This document shows, one piece after another, positions 10,001-19,075 of a stretch of 60,416 bases of DNA (its first letter is position 1; every line of letters begins with the position of its first letter). Source of the DNA: Oliverpabstia sp. GTDB lineage: Bacteria > Bacillota > Clostridia > Lachnospirales > Lachnospiraceae. A program made the translations under genes and the position numbers. The notes beneath the pieces were generated by a model. The model saw only the letters and a program-made list of their open reading frames with translations. It did no database searches and had not been told where the DNA came from. Location: the NCBI GenBank assembly GCA_051888835.1, contig JBJFCH010000082.1, positions 10,426 through 70,841 of the forward strand, written 5' to 3'.

Positions 10001-10533
10001 TGGAGCCGGCAGGGGTATTTTATTATCATGTGAAAGATCCTCTTTGTGAAGGAAAAGCGGATGAAGAGGAAGAAAGTATTGCACAGAAAATTCTTCAGGA
10101 ATTGAAAGTGAACGGACTTGTGCGGGAAGATAAGAAAATTATATTGGATATGGATGAAAGTCTGAAGCCGGGGAAAAAATCTCTCACGATCCCGGTAACA
10201 CTCAATAAAGACGGAAGCTTGTCCAGATATTCACAGACCGCCACGAAAGAACAATTTCAGATCTTATCAGAGTATGTAAACAGTAAGATCACAGAAATCG
10301 GGAGAAGGATTCTGGACGGTGAGACAGCAGTCAATCCTTATCGTCTGAGAAAACGAACGGCATGTGATTATTGCAGTTATCGTGGTATCTGTGGATTCGA
10401 TGAGAAAATACCCGGATACGAATACCGCAGTCTTCCTGTATTTCAGGATCAGGTGCTCTGGCAAAGAATGAGCGATGAAGAAAGAAAGGCAGACGGAGAA
10501 GACAGAAGTAAAGTGGAAGGAAAAGAGGGATAA
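7078..10533 (+). CDS. addB: ATP-dependent helicase/nuclease subunit B
   Basis: GNSGAGKS, VPEQFT, GRIDRVD...VIDYKSG nuclease motif, Fe-S cysteines (CAFSHF...CDYCSYRGIC); precedes addA. Confidence 0.95.
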   Translation: MSLQFILGNSGAGKSYFLFQHIIQEAEKHPEKNYLVIVPEQFTMQTQKELVAFSPNHGIMNVDVLSFQRLAYRVLQETGGENRTVLEETGKTLVIQRVIQEEEKKLGVLAGSLKKTGTVSEMKSLVSELIQYDIRPEQMDDIEKKSREKTFLASKLKDIRIVYEGFVNYLKDRYITGEEILDVLCDKIGESRMMKNCQVILDGFTGLTPLQNKAMRKILKLSEKVWVTVTLDEKVPREKLKSPQHLFRMSGAMLEHLTGMAVEEKVEVEEDIWVHPGKFSRFSKSPALEFMERHLFRYGNPSYRREQEEIQIFAASNPRTEMEEIARRICFLVRTENYKYGDFAVITGDLATYGNYAGQVMEECKIPCFIDEKHSILMNPFVEYLRAVLNMMTEQFTYESVFRYLRCGLSRLSVYETDVLENYCIAVGIRGWKQWKEHWVRRYRGMKDGSMEEVNGIREKFLEEIETFVEQMRQRNLTVEQRTRILYEFVVRGDIQEKISQQEEVFERQGEKALAKEYSQIYGIIMNLMDKLVQVLGEETISLADYQQLLEAGFQEAQVGVIPPSADQVLVGDMERTRLKDVKVLFFAGVNDSVIPKRQGRGGLLSEADREFLEIQDVELAPTSRESMYIQKFYLYLNLTKPSRRLILSYAKSGSQGKTQSPAYLIPMICQLFPKLQIQESEENGIRQAEQAGQAVEFLLRGLEQSGEEEPSDEWKELLCWYLNSPEWKEECEKWIDNAFRQKPVDKIGKSAARALYGNVLDNSATQLEQFAACAFSHFLQYGLEIEERPEYEFRASDMGNVIHQALERFSVNLKKHRMSWRNLTDEQRETLIDESVDEIIFDYGNTILESSARNRYMITRVKRILRRTVWALQEQLKCGKYEPEQFEISFAMEDQLKAIHFELSEDEKLRLKGRIDRVDRYEEEDKIYVKVIDYKSGNTSMDLIALYHGLQLQLIVYLNAALEIEQREHPEKQVEPAGVFYYHVKDPLCEGKADEEEESIAQKILQELKVNGLVREDKKIILDMDESLKPGKKSLTIPVTLNKDGSLSRYSQTATKEQFQILSEYVNSKITEIGRRILDGETAVNPYRLRKRTACDYCSYRGICGFDEKIPGYEYRSLPVFQDQVLWQRMSDEERKADGEDRSKVEGKEG

Positions 10534-10536
10534 CAG

Positions 10537-13500
10537 ATGGCAGTAACATGGACAGAGGATCAGAAAAAGGTCATTGAACTTCAGAATCGAAATATTCTCG
10601 TCAGTGCGGCAGCAGGTTCCGGAAAGACAGCCGTGCTGGTAGAGCGGATTCTGCATATGATGACGAGAAAAGAGAATCCGGTAGATATTGACCGTCTTTT
10701 GATCGTGACATTTACCAGAGCGGCAGCCGGGGAAATGCGGGAACGTCTGATGACGGCTGTGGAAAAGTGTCTGGAAAGTGAGCCGGACAATGAGCATCTT
10801 CAGAGACAGCAGACTCTGATCCATAATGCGCAGATCAATACTATTGACGGATTTTGCTCTTATGTGATCCGAAATTATTTCCATACCATCGATCTGGATC
10901 CGGGATTTCGAACTGCCAATGAAGGTGAACTGAAACTGCTGCGATATGATGTGGTAAAAGAACTGCTGGAAGAAAAATACAGAGAAGATACCCCTGAATT
11001 TAACAGATTCGTGGAAGTATTTGCTTCCGGAAAAAATGACGACAACCTTGGAGAATTGATTTTGAAGCTCTACGATTTTTCTATGAGTAACCCCTGGCCC
11101 AAGGAGTGGCTGGAGGACTGCAAAAAGCCTTATCTGGCTGAAAACTTTGAAGAGCTTCGGGAAAGTCTCTGGCTGAAAAAAATGTGGGAAGAGGTAAAAC
11201 GGGCCGTTTCTCAAGCGGAAGAGATGATCGACCTGAATCTTCGGCTGCTGCAGGAGGATGACGGTCCTTATATGTATGAAGATGCTGTGCGGTCAGATGA
11301 AATGCTGATGGATGAGCTGAGGAATGTATGTTGCCTTCAGAAGTTTGACCAATGTGTACAATTACTTCAGAATATGAAGTTTATTTCCCTTTCCAGAAAA
11401 AAAGATGAGACAGTCTCGGACAGGAAAAGAGAACAGGTAAAAGAGAACAGAGAACGGATGAAAGAAATCCTCAAAGAGATGAAAGAAAAGTATTTCTATG
11501 GGAACTCGGAGAGTATCATGGAGGAAATGAAACTGTGTCGGGGACCTGTGGAGGAACTGATCCGGCTGACAGAAGAATTTATCGATAGATTCTCAGAAAA
11601 AAAGAGAAAGAGAAATATCGTCGACTTCACAGATATGGAACACTTTGCACTGGATATTCTTGTAAAAAAACAAGGGGAAGAACTGATATATACGGAGGCG
11701 GCAGAGGAATTTTCTCAGCGGTTTGAGGAAATTTTGATTGATGAGTACCAGGACAGCAATCTGGTTCAGGAAACGCTGCTTCAAAGTGTATCACGGCTGC
11801 GACAGGGAAAGCATAATATCTTTATGGTTGGGGATGTGAAGCAAAGCATCTACAGATTTCGTCTGGCACGTCCCGAATTATTTATGGAAAAATATGATAC
11901 CTATTCTCTGGAAGAAAGTGAATGCCAGAGGATTGATCTGCATAAGAATTTTCGAAGCAGAGAAGAAGTACTGGCGGGAGTGAACTACATCTTTGAACAG
12001 ATTATGGGAAAAGAGTTGGGAGATGTAGAATACGATGAAGCGGCAGCTTTGTATCCTGGAGCTGCTTTTCCCAGTCAGGAGGAAGAAAATGAGAAAGAGT
12101 TTCGAAGTACGGAGCTCCTGATCGCTGAGACAGATACGGAAGAATTATCAGATGATACCTCAGACAGGACAGCGCAGGAGCTGGAAGCCCGCATGATTGG
12201 GAAAAGGATTCAGGAGATTGTCGGACACCGTCAGGTACTTGATAAAGAAACCGGTGAATATCGTACAGCCAGATATCAGGATTGTGTGATATTGCTGCGG
12301 ACCATTTCGGGATGGGCAGAAACTTTTGTACAGGTTTTGATGGATATGGGAATTCCTGCCTATACAACATCTAAGACAGGTTATTTTAATGCATTGGAAG
12401 TGGTGACGGTGTTGAATTATCTTCATATCTGTGACAATCCTATGCAGGAAATCCCTTTTACCGGTGTTTTGGTATCACCGATGGCAGGGTGTACATCACA
12501 GGAGCTGGCCGAGATAAAGGCAGAATTTCCAGATGATAAAATCTATGCATGCGCGTGGAAATATCTCGCAAATGGGAAAAATCCTGTAATCCGGGAAAAA
12601 TTAAGCAGATTTTTTGATGTTTATGGAAAAATCCGGGAAAGAGTTCCTTATACACCGATCCACCAGTTGATACAGCTGATTTTGAAACTGACCGGATATG
12701 ATGTGTATGCATCGGCTATGCCTGGAGGAGAGCAAAGAAAAGCAAATCTCCGGATGTTGACAGAAAAAGCGATGGAGTATGAAGAGACCAGTTATCGGGG
12801 ACTTTTTAACTTTATTCGATACATGGAGCAGCTCCAGAAATATGAAGTGGATTTTGGAGAGGTCAGCACGATCGGGGAAAATGAAAACACTGTGCGGATT
12901 ATGAGCATCCATAAAAGTAAAGGACTGGAATTTCCGATTGTTTTTGTGGCCGGTATGGGGAAAAGGTTTAATATGATGGATGCCAACGCATCTCTGGTGA
13001 TTCATCCGGATCTGGGAATCGGTATGAATGGTGTCGATCCAAAGCTTCGTCTGAAAACAGCTACACGGATGCGTCAGGTGATACAAAAGCAGATTCGTCT
13101 GGAAAGTCTTGGCGAGGAATTGCGGGTGTTGTATGTGGCGCTCACAAGAGCAAAAGAAAAGCTGATTTTGACAGGAACCATAGAAAAGCTCGATAAAAAA
13201 CTGGAAAAGCTGTATCCCCTGACAGGACGTATGACCCGGCAGCTTTCCTATGGAACGATAGAGAGTGCTCAGGATTACTGGGGATGGATTCTTCCGGCAC
13301 TTTCCCGCCACCCGTCTTTTGGGATACTTTATGAGCGGATCGGTGAACGATGTTGTACGGATTCTCCATGTTTCCAGCCTGAGATTCCTTTTGCTATCCG
13401 GACATTCCGTGCGGCACTGCTGACCGGAGAGGAATTGAAACGACGGATTTCCCGAAACAAGCGTTATGAAGAATATAAAAATTGGGATAAAAATCAGATC

Positions 13501-14250
13501 TATCAAAAAACAGTGAGAGAAGAGCTGGAAAATAAGTTTTCTTATCGATATCCCTATGGGTATCTTCAGGAAATTCCGGCGAAGATCAGTGTATCGGAAC
13601 TGAAAAAACAGGCAATGGATCTGCTTGATGCAGAACAGGAAGAGGCGCAGGAGCTAATCGCTCAGGAGGAGAGTATTCCGCTGGTTCCGGAATTTATGAG
13701 GCAGGAAAAAACGGAGCTTAAAGGTGCAGCACGGGGTACGGCATATCATCGTGTACTGGAATGCATTGTTTACGATAAAACGGACAGTGCTGCAGAAATT
13801 CAGGAACAGATACAGGAAATGCTCAGAGAGGAAAGAATCGATCAGGAAACAGCGGATTCCGTAAGAGAACAACAAATTTTCTGGTTTGTTTCCTCAAATC
13901 TGGGAAAAAGAATGAGAAAAGCAGAGAAAGAAAAAAAACTGTGGCGAGAGCAGCAGTTTGTCATGAGTATTCCGGCCCAAGAGCAAAATAGTGAATGGGG
14001 AACGGAAGCACAGATACTGGTGCAGGGTATTATCGATGCTTTCTTTGAGGAGCCGGACGGCCTGGTACTGGTGGATTATAAGACAGATTATGTAGGAAAA
14101 GGACAGGAACAGGAGCTGGTGAAAAAATATCAAAAACAGCTCTGGTATTATGCACGGGCACTGGAAAGAGTATGGAAAAAACCGGTGAAAGAGGCTTATC
14201 TGTATTCGTTTGGAGCGGGAAAAGCGCTGCCGGTGGATGTGCAGAAATGA
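10537..14250 (+). CDS. addA: ATP-dependent helicase/nuclease subunit A
   Basis: SAAAGSGKT, IDEYQD, VGDVKQSIYRFR, SIHKSKGLEF, YVALTRA, QGIID...VDYKTD. Confidence 0.96.
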   Translation: MAVTWTEDQKKVIELQNRNILVSAAAGSGKTAVLVERILHMMTRKENPVDIDRLLIVTFTRAAAGEMRERLMTAVEKCLESEPDNEHLQRQQTLIHNAQINTIDGFCSYVIRNYFHTIDLDPGFRTANEGELKLLRYDVVKELLEEKYREDTPEFNRFVEVFASGKNDDNLGELILKLYDFSMSNPWPKEWLEDCKKPYLAENFEELRESLWLKKMWEEVKRAVSQAEEMIDLNLRLLQEDDGPYMYEDAVRSDEMLMDELRNVCCLQKFDQCVQLLQNMKFISLSRKKDETVSDRKREQVKENRERMKEILKEMKEKYFYGNSESIMEEMKLCRGPVEELIRLTEEFIDRFSEKKRKRNIVDFTDMEHFALDILVKKQGEELIYTEAAEEFSQRFEEILIDEYQDSNLVQETLLQSVSRLRQGKHNIFMVGDVKQSIYRFRLARPELFMEKYDTYSLEESECQRIDLHKNFRSREEVLAGVNYIFEQIMGKELGDVEYDEAAALYPGAAFPSQEEENEKEFRSTELLIAETDTEELSDDTSDRTAQELEARMIGKRIQEIVGHRQVLDKETGEYRTARYQDCVILLRTISGWAETFVQVLMDMGIPAYTTSKTGYFNALEVVTVLNYLHICDNPMQEIPFTGVLVSPMAGCTSQELAEIKAEFPDDKIYACAWKYLANGKNPVIREKLSRFFDVYGKIRERVPYTPIHQLIQLILKLTGYDVYASAMPGGEQRKANLRMLTEKAMEYEETSYRGLFNFIRYMEQLQKYEVDFGEVSTIGENENTVRIMSIHKSKGLEFPIVFVAGMGKRFNMMDANASLVIHPDLGIGMNGVDPKLRLKTATRMRQVIQKQIRLESLGEELRVLYVALTRAKEKLILTGTIEKLDKKLEKLYPLTGRMTRQLSYGTIESAQDYWGWILPALSRHPSFGILYERIGERCCTDSPCFQPEIPFAIRTFRAALLTGEELKRRISRNKRYEEYKNWDKNQIYQKTVREELENKFSYRYPYGYLQEIPAKISVSELKKQAMDLLDAEQEEAQELIAQEESIPLVPEFMRQEKTELKGAARGTAYHRVLECIVYDKTDSAAEIQEQIQEMLREERIDQETADSVREQQIFWFVSSNLGKRMRKAEKEKKLWREQQFVMSIPAQEQNSEWGTEAQILVQGIIDAFFEEPDGLVLVDYKTDYVGKGQEQELVKKYQKQLWYYARALERVWKKPVKEAYLYSFGAGKALPVDVQK

Positions 14251-14278
14251 AGAAGACAGACAGGGAGGAAAAGGGGAT

Positions 14279-15154
14279 ATGAGATTATATGCGTCCTGTA
14301 TCTGCTGCCTTTTAAATAAACAGGAGCAGAAACTGAGAAATTGCAGGGATGAGAAGAAGAAAACAGAATATATGAAAGAATTGCTGCGTCTGGCCGGGAA
14401 TAGCGGCGACGAGGCAAGTGCTCCCTGGCTGGCAGCCCAGATTATGAAAGTTCATGAGAAATACTTCGGTAAATCAGGAAGCTATGCGGATGTAAAGAAA
14501 GAATTTAATCAATTGGTTATGAGTATGGAGGAAGAGCTGAAACAGAGAGTTTTATCTCAGCCGGATCCATTAAAAACAGCATTGTTGTATGCGAGAGTTG
14601 GAAATTATATTGATTTTTCTGCATTGGAACAAGTGGAAAAGGAAGAATTTTTGAGTCTGTTTGAACGGGAAAAAGATGTGCTGGATGAAAAAGAATATAT
14701 GTCTTTTTGCGGGGAAATGCAGAAGGCGGAGAATGTAGTATATCTTCTGGATAACTGTGGAGAAATTGTTCTTGATAAGCTGGTGATCCTGATCTTGAAA
14801 AAAAGATTTCCCCAGGCACATATCACTGCTATAGTACGGGGCAGCGAAGTAATAAATGACGCAACGATGGAAGATGCTGTGATGACCGGACTTACAAATG
14901 TAACGGAGGTCATCGGAAATGGTGATGATGTGGCAGGAACCATATTGTCTCGGGTGTCGGCCGAAGCCAGAGCAAAAATAGAGAAGGCAGATGTAATCAT
15001 AGCCAAAGGTCAGGGAAACTTTGAATCACTATATGGATGTGGAAAAAATGTTTATTATTTGTTCTTGTGTAAATGCGAATGGTTTATGAGAAAATTCCAC
15101 ACAGATCGTTTTCAGGGAATGTTTTTAAATGAGTATCGGATAAACTTTGATTAA
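14279..15154 (+). CDS. DUF89/ARMT1-like damage-control metal-dependent phosphatase
   Basis: N-terminal CxxC, GNYIDF, LLDNCGEIVLD, INDAT, AKGQGNFESL, KC motifs. Confidence 0.85.
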   Translation: MRLYASCICCLLNKQEQKLRNCRDEKKKTEYMKELLRLAGNSGDEASAPWLAAQIMKVHEKYFGKSGSYADVKKEFNQLVMSMEEELKQRVLSQPDPLKTALLYARVGNYIDFSALEQVEKEEFLSLFEREKDVLDEKEYMSFCGEMQKAENVVYLLDNCGEIVLDKLVILILKKRFPQAHITAIVRGSEVINDATMEDAVMTGLTNVTEVIGNGDDVAGTILSRVSAEARAKIEKADVIIAKGQGNFESLYGCGKNVYYLFLCKCEWFMRKFHTDRFQGMFLNEYRINFD

Positions 15155-15206
15155 TTGAGAGCAGTTGTTACAGTTCTTAAGATATTCTTAACCTTTCAAA
15201 AGCATA

Positions 15207-15238
15207 TTGACAATCTAATATTATATAACGTATAGTAT
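15207..15238 (+). promoter_or_regulatory. Sigma-A promoter overlapped by a palindromic putative PadR operator
   Basis: TTGACA-18-TATAGT; imperfect palindrome ATATTATA-taacg-TATAGTAT (15218-15238). Confidence 0.6.
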
Positions 15239-15313
15239 TGAATATCAAATATTATTAAATTTCAAATAGTATTGATTGGAAAATAGTATCAAAAAACATA
15301 AAGAGGTGACGAT

Positions 15314-15637
15314 ATGGTATTTAATACTGGTGCGGCTCTTCTGGATGCTATCGTATTGGCAGTTGTGTCAAAAGAGAGAGAGGGTACATACGGATATAAG
15401 ATCACGCAGGATGTCCGGCAGGTCATTGATATTTCGGAATCCACATTATATCCGGTTCTCCGAAGGCTTCAGAAGGATGAATGTCTGATGGTTTACGATA
15501 TGGAATTCGGAGGGAGAAATCGGAGATACTATAAAGTGACGGAAAAGGGGAAAGCACAGCTGGAGCTTTACCGGCACGAATGGAAGAATTATTCAACCAG
15601 AATTTCCATGCTGTTTGAGGGGAGGATTGATGTATGA
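15314..15637 (+). CDS. PadR family transcriptional regulator
   Basis: YGYKI, SESTLYPVLRRL, GRNRRYYKVTEKG. Confidence 0.92.
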   Translation: MVFNTGAALLDAIVLAVVSKEREGTYGYKITQDVRQVIDISESTLYPVLRRLQKDECLMVYDMEFGGRNRRYYKVTEKGKAQLELYRHEWKNYSTRISMLFEGRIDV

Positions 15638-16308
15638 ACCGTGACGAATTTATGCAGCAATTGGCAAGGCTGTTGAGTGATTTGCCGGAGAACGAAAGGA
15701 TGGAGGCAATCCGATACTACAATGATTATTTTGATGAGGCAGGACCTGAAAATGAAGCAGAAGTAATCAGGGAACTGGGAAGTCCAGGCAAAGTGGCAGC
15801 AATCATAAAAGCGGACCTGAAAGAAAATGATGGTGCCGGGGAAACATCGAAGGATACCCAGAGTGACAGATGGCGTAATGCGCAAGACAGCATGCCGGGA
15901 AATTACTCACCTGTTCATAAAAGCAGAGGCGCCGGACGTTGGGCACTTATCATTATACTTGTGGTATTTCTGTCGCCTGTGATACTGGGAATCGGAAGTG
16001 GAGTATTTGGTGTCTTTGTTGGGATACTGGCAGCAATCTTTGGTATCTGGGTTTCTATCTTTACTGCGGGCGCCGGTTTGTTGGGTGGGGGAATTGCCTT
16101 GCTTGCAAAAGGAGTGATCAGGTTATTTTCGGTACCGGCTTCGGGTCTGGTAAGTATGGGAGGCGGTTTCTTATCCATAGCACTGGGAATTTTTATCCTG
16201 ATTTTCTTTTTCTGGTTTACATTCCGTTTCCTTCCGAGATTGTGCAGAACGGTAGTAAATTTCATTTCCAGACTGCTCCATAAGAGAAAGGGGGCTGCCG
16301 CATCATGA
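15634..16308 (+). CDS. DUF1700 (HAAS-domain) membrane protein
   Basis: MNRDEFMQQL...YYNDYFDEAG..E.EVIRELGSP N-terminus plus hydrophobic Gly-rich C-terminal half; overlaps padR stop. Confidence 0.85.
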   Translation: MNRDEFMQQLARLLSDLPENERMEAIRYYNDYFDEAGPENEAEVIRELGSPGKVAAIIKADLKENDGAGETSKDTQSDRWRNAQDSMPGNYSPVHKSRGAGRWALIIILVVFLSPVILGIGSGVFGVFVGILAAIFGIWVSIFTAGAGLLGGGIALLAKGVIRLFSVPASGLVSMGGGFLSIALGIFILIFFFWFTFRFLPRLCRTVVNFISRLLHKRKGAAAS

Positions 16309-17162
16309 AAAAATTGATAAAAACATTGACGATCATTGGCGGGATATGTGCCGGTCTGGGTTTGATATTTCTCATAATCGGTTTGATCCTGGGAGGTGGA
16401 ACGATTGATTTCTCAGATGCTGTGAGTGTACAGGAATCAGATGTCAGCAGGCTGATTCATAAGCTGACACCGATAGACAGCGAATACCGGGATGATGATA
16501 TTGAAAATCTGGATTCTGAAAGATGGGAATGCACATCCGCATCCGGGATAAAAAATCTGCAAATCGAAATGGATGCCGGTTATCTGGAGATCAAACAGTA
16601 TGAAGGACGGGAAATCCAGGTATATATTCAGCAAAATGACAGAAAAACAAAGATTGAGCAGGAAGGTGATGAACTGGATATTACCCGGGATGGGATACAA
16701 TGGCTGGATAGAAAAGGAAAAGCTATTAAGATCCTGGTACCGAAGAATCATATTTTTAATGAAATTGATCTAAAACTCAATGCGGTGGATGGAGTAATTG
16801 ATTCACTGAAAGCCAATGAATTAACCGTTTCTGCGAATGCAGCTTCTCTGGAGATTACAGATGAGATACAGACGAAAACCTGTGAATGGACAGCAAATGC
16901 TGCGGAGATTGAGATTCAAAAACTAATGTCGAGAGAAACGGATCTGGACTGCAGTGCCGGAACCATACGGGTAACGATGGAAGGAGACATCAGTGACTAT
17001 TATCTGGAAGGTAAAGTGAGCGCAGGTAGTCTGGAATATGCGCATCAGGAGTGGGATGGTTTTGATGATACTTTCTGCCAGGGAGAGGAAGATGCCAAAA
17101 ACAGGATTGAGGCAAAATGTGCGGCAGGAGATATTACAATAGATTTTACAAAATACGAGTAG
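16305..17162 (+). CDS. DUF4097 (toastrack) beta-strand repeat membrane-anchored protein
   Basis: N-terminal TM helix, repeated beta-strand units (DAGYLEI, SAGTIRV, AAGDITI); typical padR-DUF1700 context. Confidence 0.75.
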   Translation: MKKLIKTLTIIGGICAGLGLIFLIIGLILGGGTIDFSDAVSVQESDVSRLIHKLTPIDSEYRDDDIENLDSERWECTSASGIKNLQIEMDAGYLEIKQYEGREIQVYIQQNDRKTKIEQEGDELDITRDGIQWLDRKGKAIKILVPKNHIFNEIDLKLNAVDGVIDSLKANELTVSANAASLEITDEIQTKTCEWTANAAEIEIQKLMSRETDLDCSAGTIRVTMEGDISDYYLEGKVSAGSLEYAHQEWDGFDDTFCQGEEDAKNRIEAKCAAGDITIDFTKYE

Positions 17163-17173
17163 GAGGGATTATC

Positions 17174-17356
17174 ATGAGTGACAAAAGACTGTATCGTTCT
17201 TCAACTAACAGCATGATCTGTGGGGTATGCGGAGGAATCGGAGAATATTTTAATATTGATCCGACGCTTGTGCGGCTTGCATGGGTATTGTTTTCCTTTT
17301 TAGGAGGTGCAGGTATTCCTGCATATATCATCGCAGCTATTATCATACCGAGATAA
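17174..17356 (+). CDS. pspC: PspC domain protein
   Basis: KRLYRS...ICGVCGGIGEYFNIDPTLVRL...AYIIAAIIIP; RBS AGGAGG. Confidence 0.92.
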   Translation: MSDKRLYRSSTNSMICGVCGGIGEYFNIDPTLVRLAWVLFSFLGGAGIPAYIIAAIIIPR

Positions 17357-17378
17357 ATATAGAATCAGGAAGCTGCGT

Positions 17379-17407
17379 GAATAAATAGACAAAAAAAGGT
17401 CATACTT
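17379..17407 (+). promoter_or_regulatory. Forespore sigma-G/F-type promoter
   Basis: GAATA-17-CATACTT directly upstream of a SASP gene. Confidence 0.6.
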
Positions 17408-17434
17408 CAAAAGAAAAGGAGTGTGACTTTTTTT

Positions 17435-17632
17435 ATGACAAAAAAGAAAGAATTAAATATCCGGGAATTGTCCGGTGAAGAAAAAATGAAATATGAGATA
17501 GCGGAAGAACTGGGACTTCTTGATAAAGTGCTGGAAGAGGGATGGAAAACTTTGTCAGCGAAAGAAACCGGCAGAATCGGGGGACTTGTGACAAAGAGGA
17601 AAAGAGAAATGCAGTCAGACGGGGAGAAATAG
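17435..17632 (+). CDS. Small acid-soluble spore protein (alpha/beta-type, SspF-like)
   Basis: KYEIAEELGL...GWKTLSAKETGRIGG motif. Confidence 0.85.
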   Translation: MTKKKELNIRELSGEEKMKYEIAEELGLLDKVLEEGWKTLSAKETGRIGGLVTKRKREMQSDGEK

Positions 17633-17646
17633 GAAATGTCGCCATA

Positions 17647-18249
17647 TTATCGCGGCATTTCCAGATATGCCCTGCGCCAAAGATCTGCGAGAATTTGATT
17701 CCCGGTATAAGTCAGATGTATACCATCCGGCGTAATCCGATCAATTCCCATTTCCTCAGCGGACTGGCGGAGAATATGGTCAGTTGGGAGAAAGCAGGCA
17801 TGGTATTTATCGGCAAGCGTCTCTATAATTTTACTTTCTGTTTCGATATACGGATGCCAGCTTTTATATTCCAATGGATGATCAAACAAAAAAGGCTCTG
17901 CCAGAATCAGCTGTGCGTCAGTATGCGTGATTAGGAATCTGAGAATTTCTTCATAATAAAAGGCAAATTCATCAGGGATGCGTTTGCGAGAGGTGTAAAG
18001 TTCAACGGGAATATCGTTGACTCCGACAAGAAGAGTGATCACATCCCAGTTCCTCTCAATTCCATCTCTGTTCAGCATGTGCAGAACCTGTTCTGTTGTA
18101 AAACCGTCATGTCCTCTGTTTTGAAAAACACAGTTGTAAAATCTCATATCGACCGCAAGCATGGAGACATATCCGTTCCCAAGATTTGCAGGATCGAACA
18201 AATGCCCGGCATCCGTGATGCTGTCTCCGAGAAAAAGAAAATCAGACAT
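17647..18249 (-). CDS. SGNH/GDSL hydrolase
   Basis: FLGDSIT, NRG, GVND, DGIHLT catalytic blocks. Confidence 0.9.
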   Translation of the reverse strand: MSDFLFLGDSITDAGHLFDPANLGNGYVSMLAVDMRFYNCVFQNRGHDGFTTEQVLHMLNRDGIERNWDVITLLVGVNDIPVELYTSRKRIPDEFAFYYEEILRFLITHTDAQLILAEPFLFDHPLEYKSWHPYIETESKIIETLADKYHACFLPTDHILRQSAEEMGIDRITPDGIHLTYTGNQILADLWRRAYLEMPR

Positions 18250-18366
18250 AATCTATCTCCTTTGATGTTAGTGATGTAGGTGTCAAAAGCTTTTGTCCCT
18301 TGTCTCATGATATAATACTATCATGGGAGTAGGAAAAATCAAACAAAAATGTTATACTGTGATTAG

Positions 18367-18549
18367 TTTATCTTGAAAGGAGATAAGACTCCCACCTCTA
18401 TAGGTGGTGAGTTGCAACAATTTAGTCTTGGTGGGAGTCCAATCTCCTTCCAAGATAAAGCCTCCGGCGGATTGCAGAGGTGCGCAGATGTATTGTGTCA
18501 TGCAAAGCATGACGCGCACCTCGCAGCAAGTACGCCGAGGCGTACTTGA
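18367..18549. mobile_element. Non-autonomous IS200/IS605-end-like palindromic element with adjacent REP-like hairpins
   Basis: Long inverted repeat TTTATCTTG..AAGGAGAT..GACTCCCACC / GGTGGGAGTC..ATCTCCTT..CAAGATAAA enclosing CCACCTCTATAGGTGG; followed by GAGGTGCGC/GCGCACCTC and CAAGTACGC/GCGTACTTG stems. Confidence 0.55.
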
Positions 18550-18570
18550 ACTTAGAAGGAGATATAAGAG

Positions 18571-18990
18571 ATGAAAGAAACCGTATTATTATTTCATTTT
18601 GAAAAAGAGCGTGCCGGGAAAATACGCCGTGCGTTGCTTCCGCTGAAAATAAAAGTAAAAACAGTGGAACCGGAAGAATATGGACAGAACATAGGCTTTC
18701 TGGCGGGGAATAAAGAAATATTGCCGCAGCAAGAAGAGAGTGATCCGGATAGGACTGGATTTCGCAAAGGGAATGAAGAGGCAGGAAGGACAGAGATAGA
18801 ACAGGAAATGATGGTCATGGCATGGCTGACAGGACATCAGGTAGATCAGGTTTTGACTGCACTCAGAAAGCAGGGAATCGGAAGGATTGATTATAAGGCA
18901 GTGGTTACACAGCAGAATCAATACTGGGACTGCAGGACGTTATACGCAGAATTGAAAAAGGAACATGAAGCATTTACCGGAAAATCATAA
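18571..18990 (+). CDS. DUF3783 family protein
   Basis: KAVVTQQNQYW...LYAELKKEHE C-terminal signature; RBS AAGGAG. Confidence 0.75.
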   Translation: MKETVLLFHFEKERAGKIRRALLPLKIKVKTVEPEEYGQNIGFLAGNKEILPQQEESDPDRTGFRKGNEEAGRTEIEQEMMVMAWLTGHQVDQVLTALRKQGIGRIDYKAVVTQQNQYWDCRTLYAELKKEHEAFTGKS

Positions 18991-19005
18991 AAGAAATCAA
19001 AGGTG

Positions 19006-19063
19006 AAAACTGTGTGCGTAAATACTATGATGCCAGGGTCATATTATTTACGCACACAGTTTT
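19006..19063. terminator. Bidirectional terminator between convergent genes
   Basis: AAAACTGTGTGCGTAAATA...TATTTACGCACACAGTTTT long stem. Confidence 0.8.
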
Positions 19064-19075
19064 TGTTGCTTAATC

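Noticed and set aside
10267-13506. Long minus-strand ORFs (315 aa, 301 aa)
   Set aside because: Antisense shadows of addB/addA
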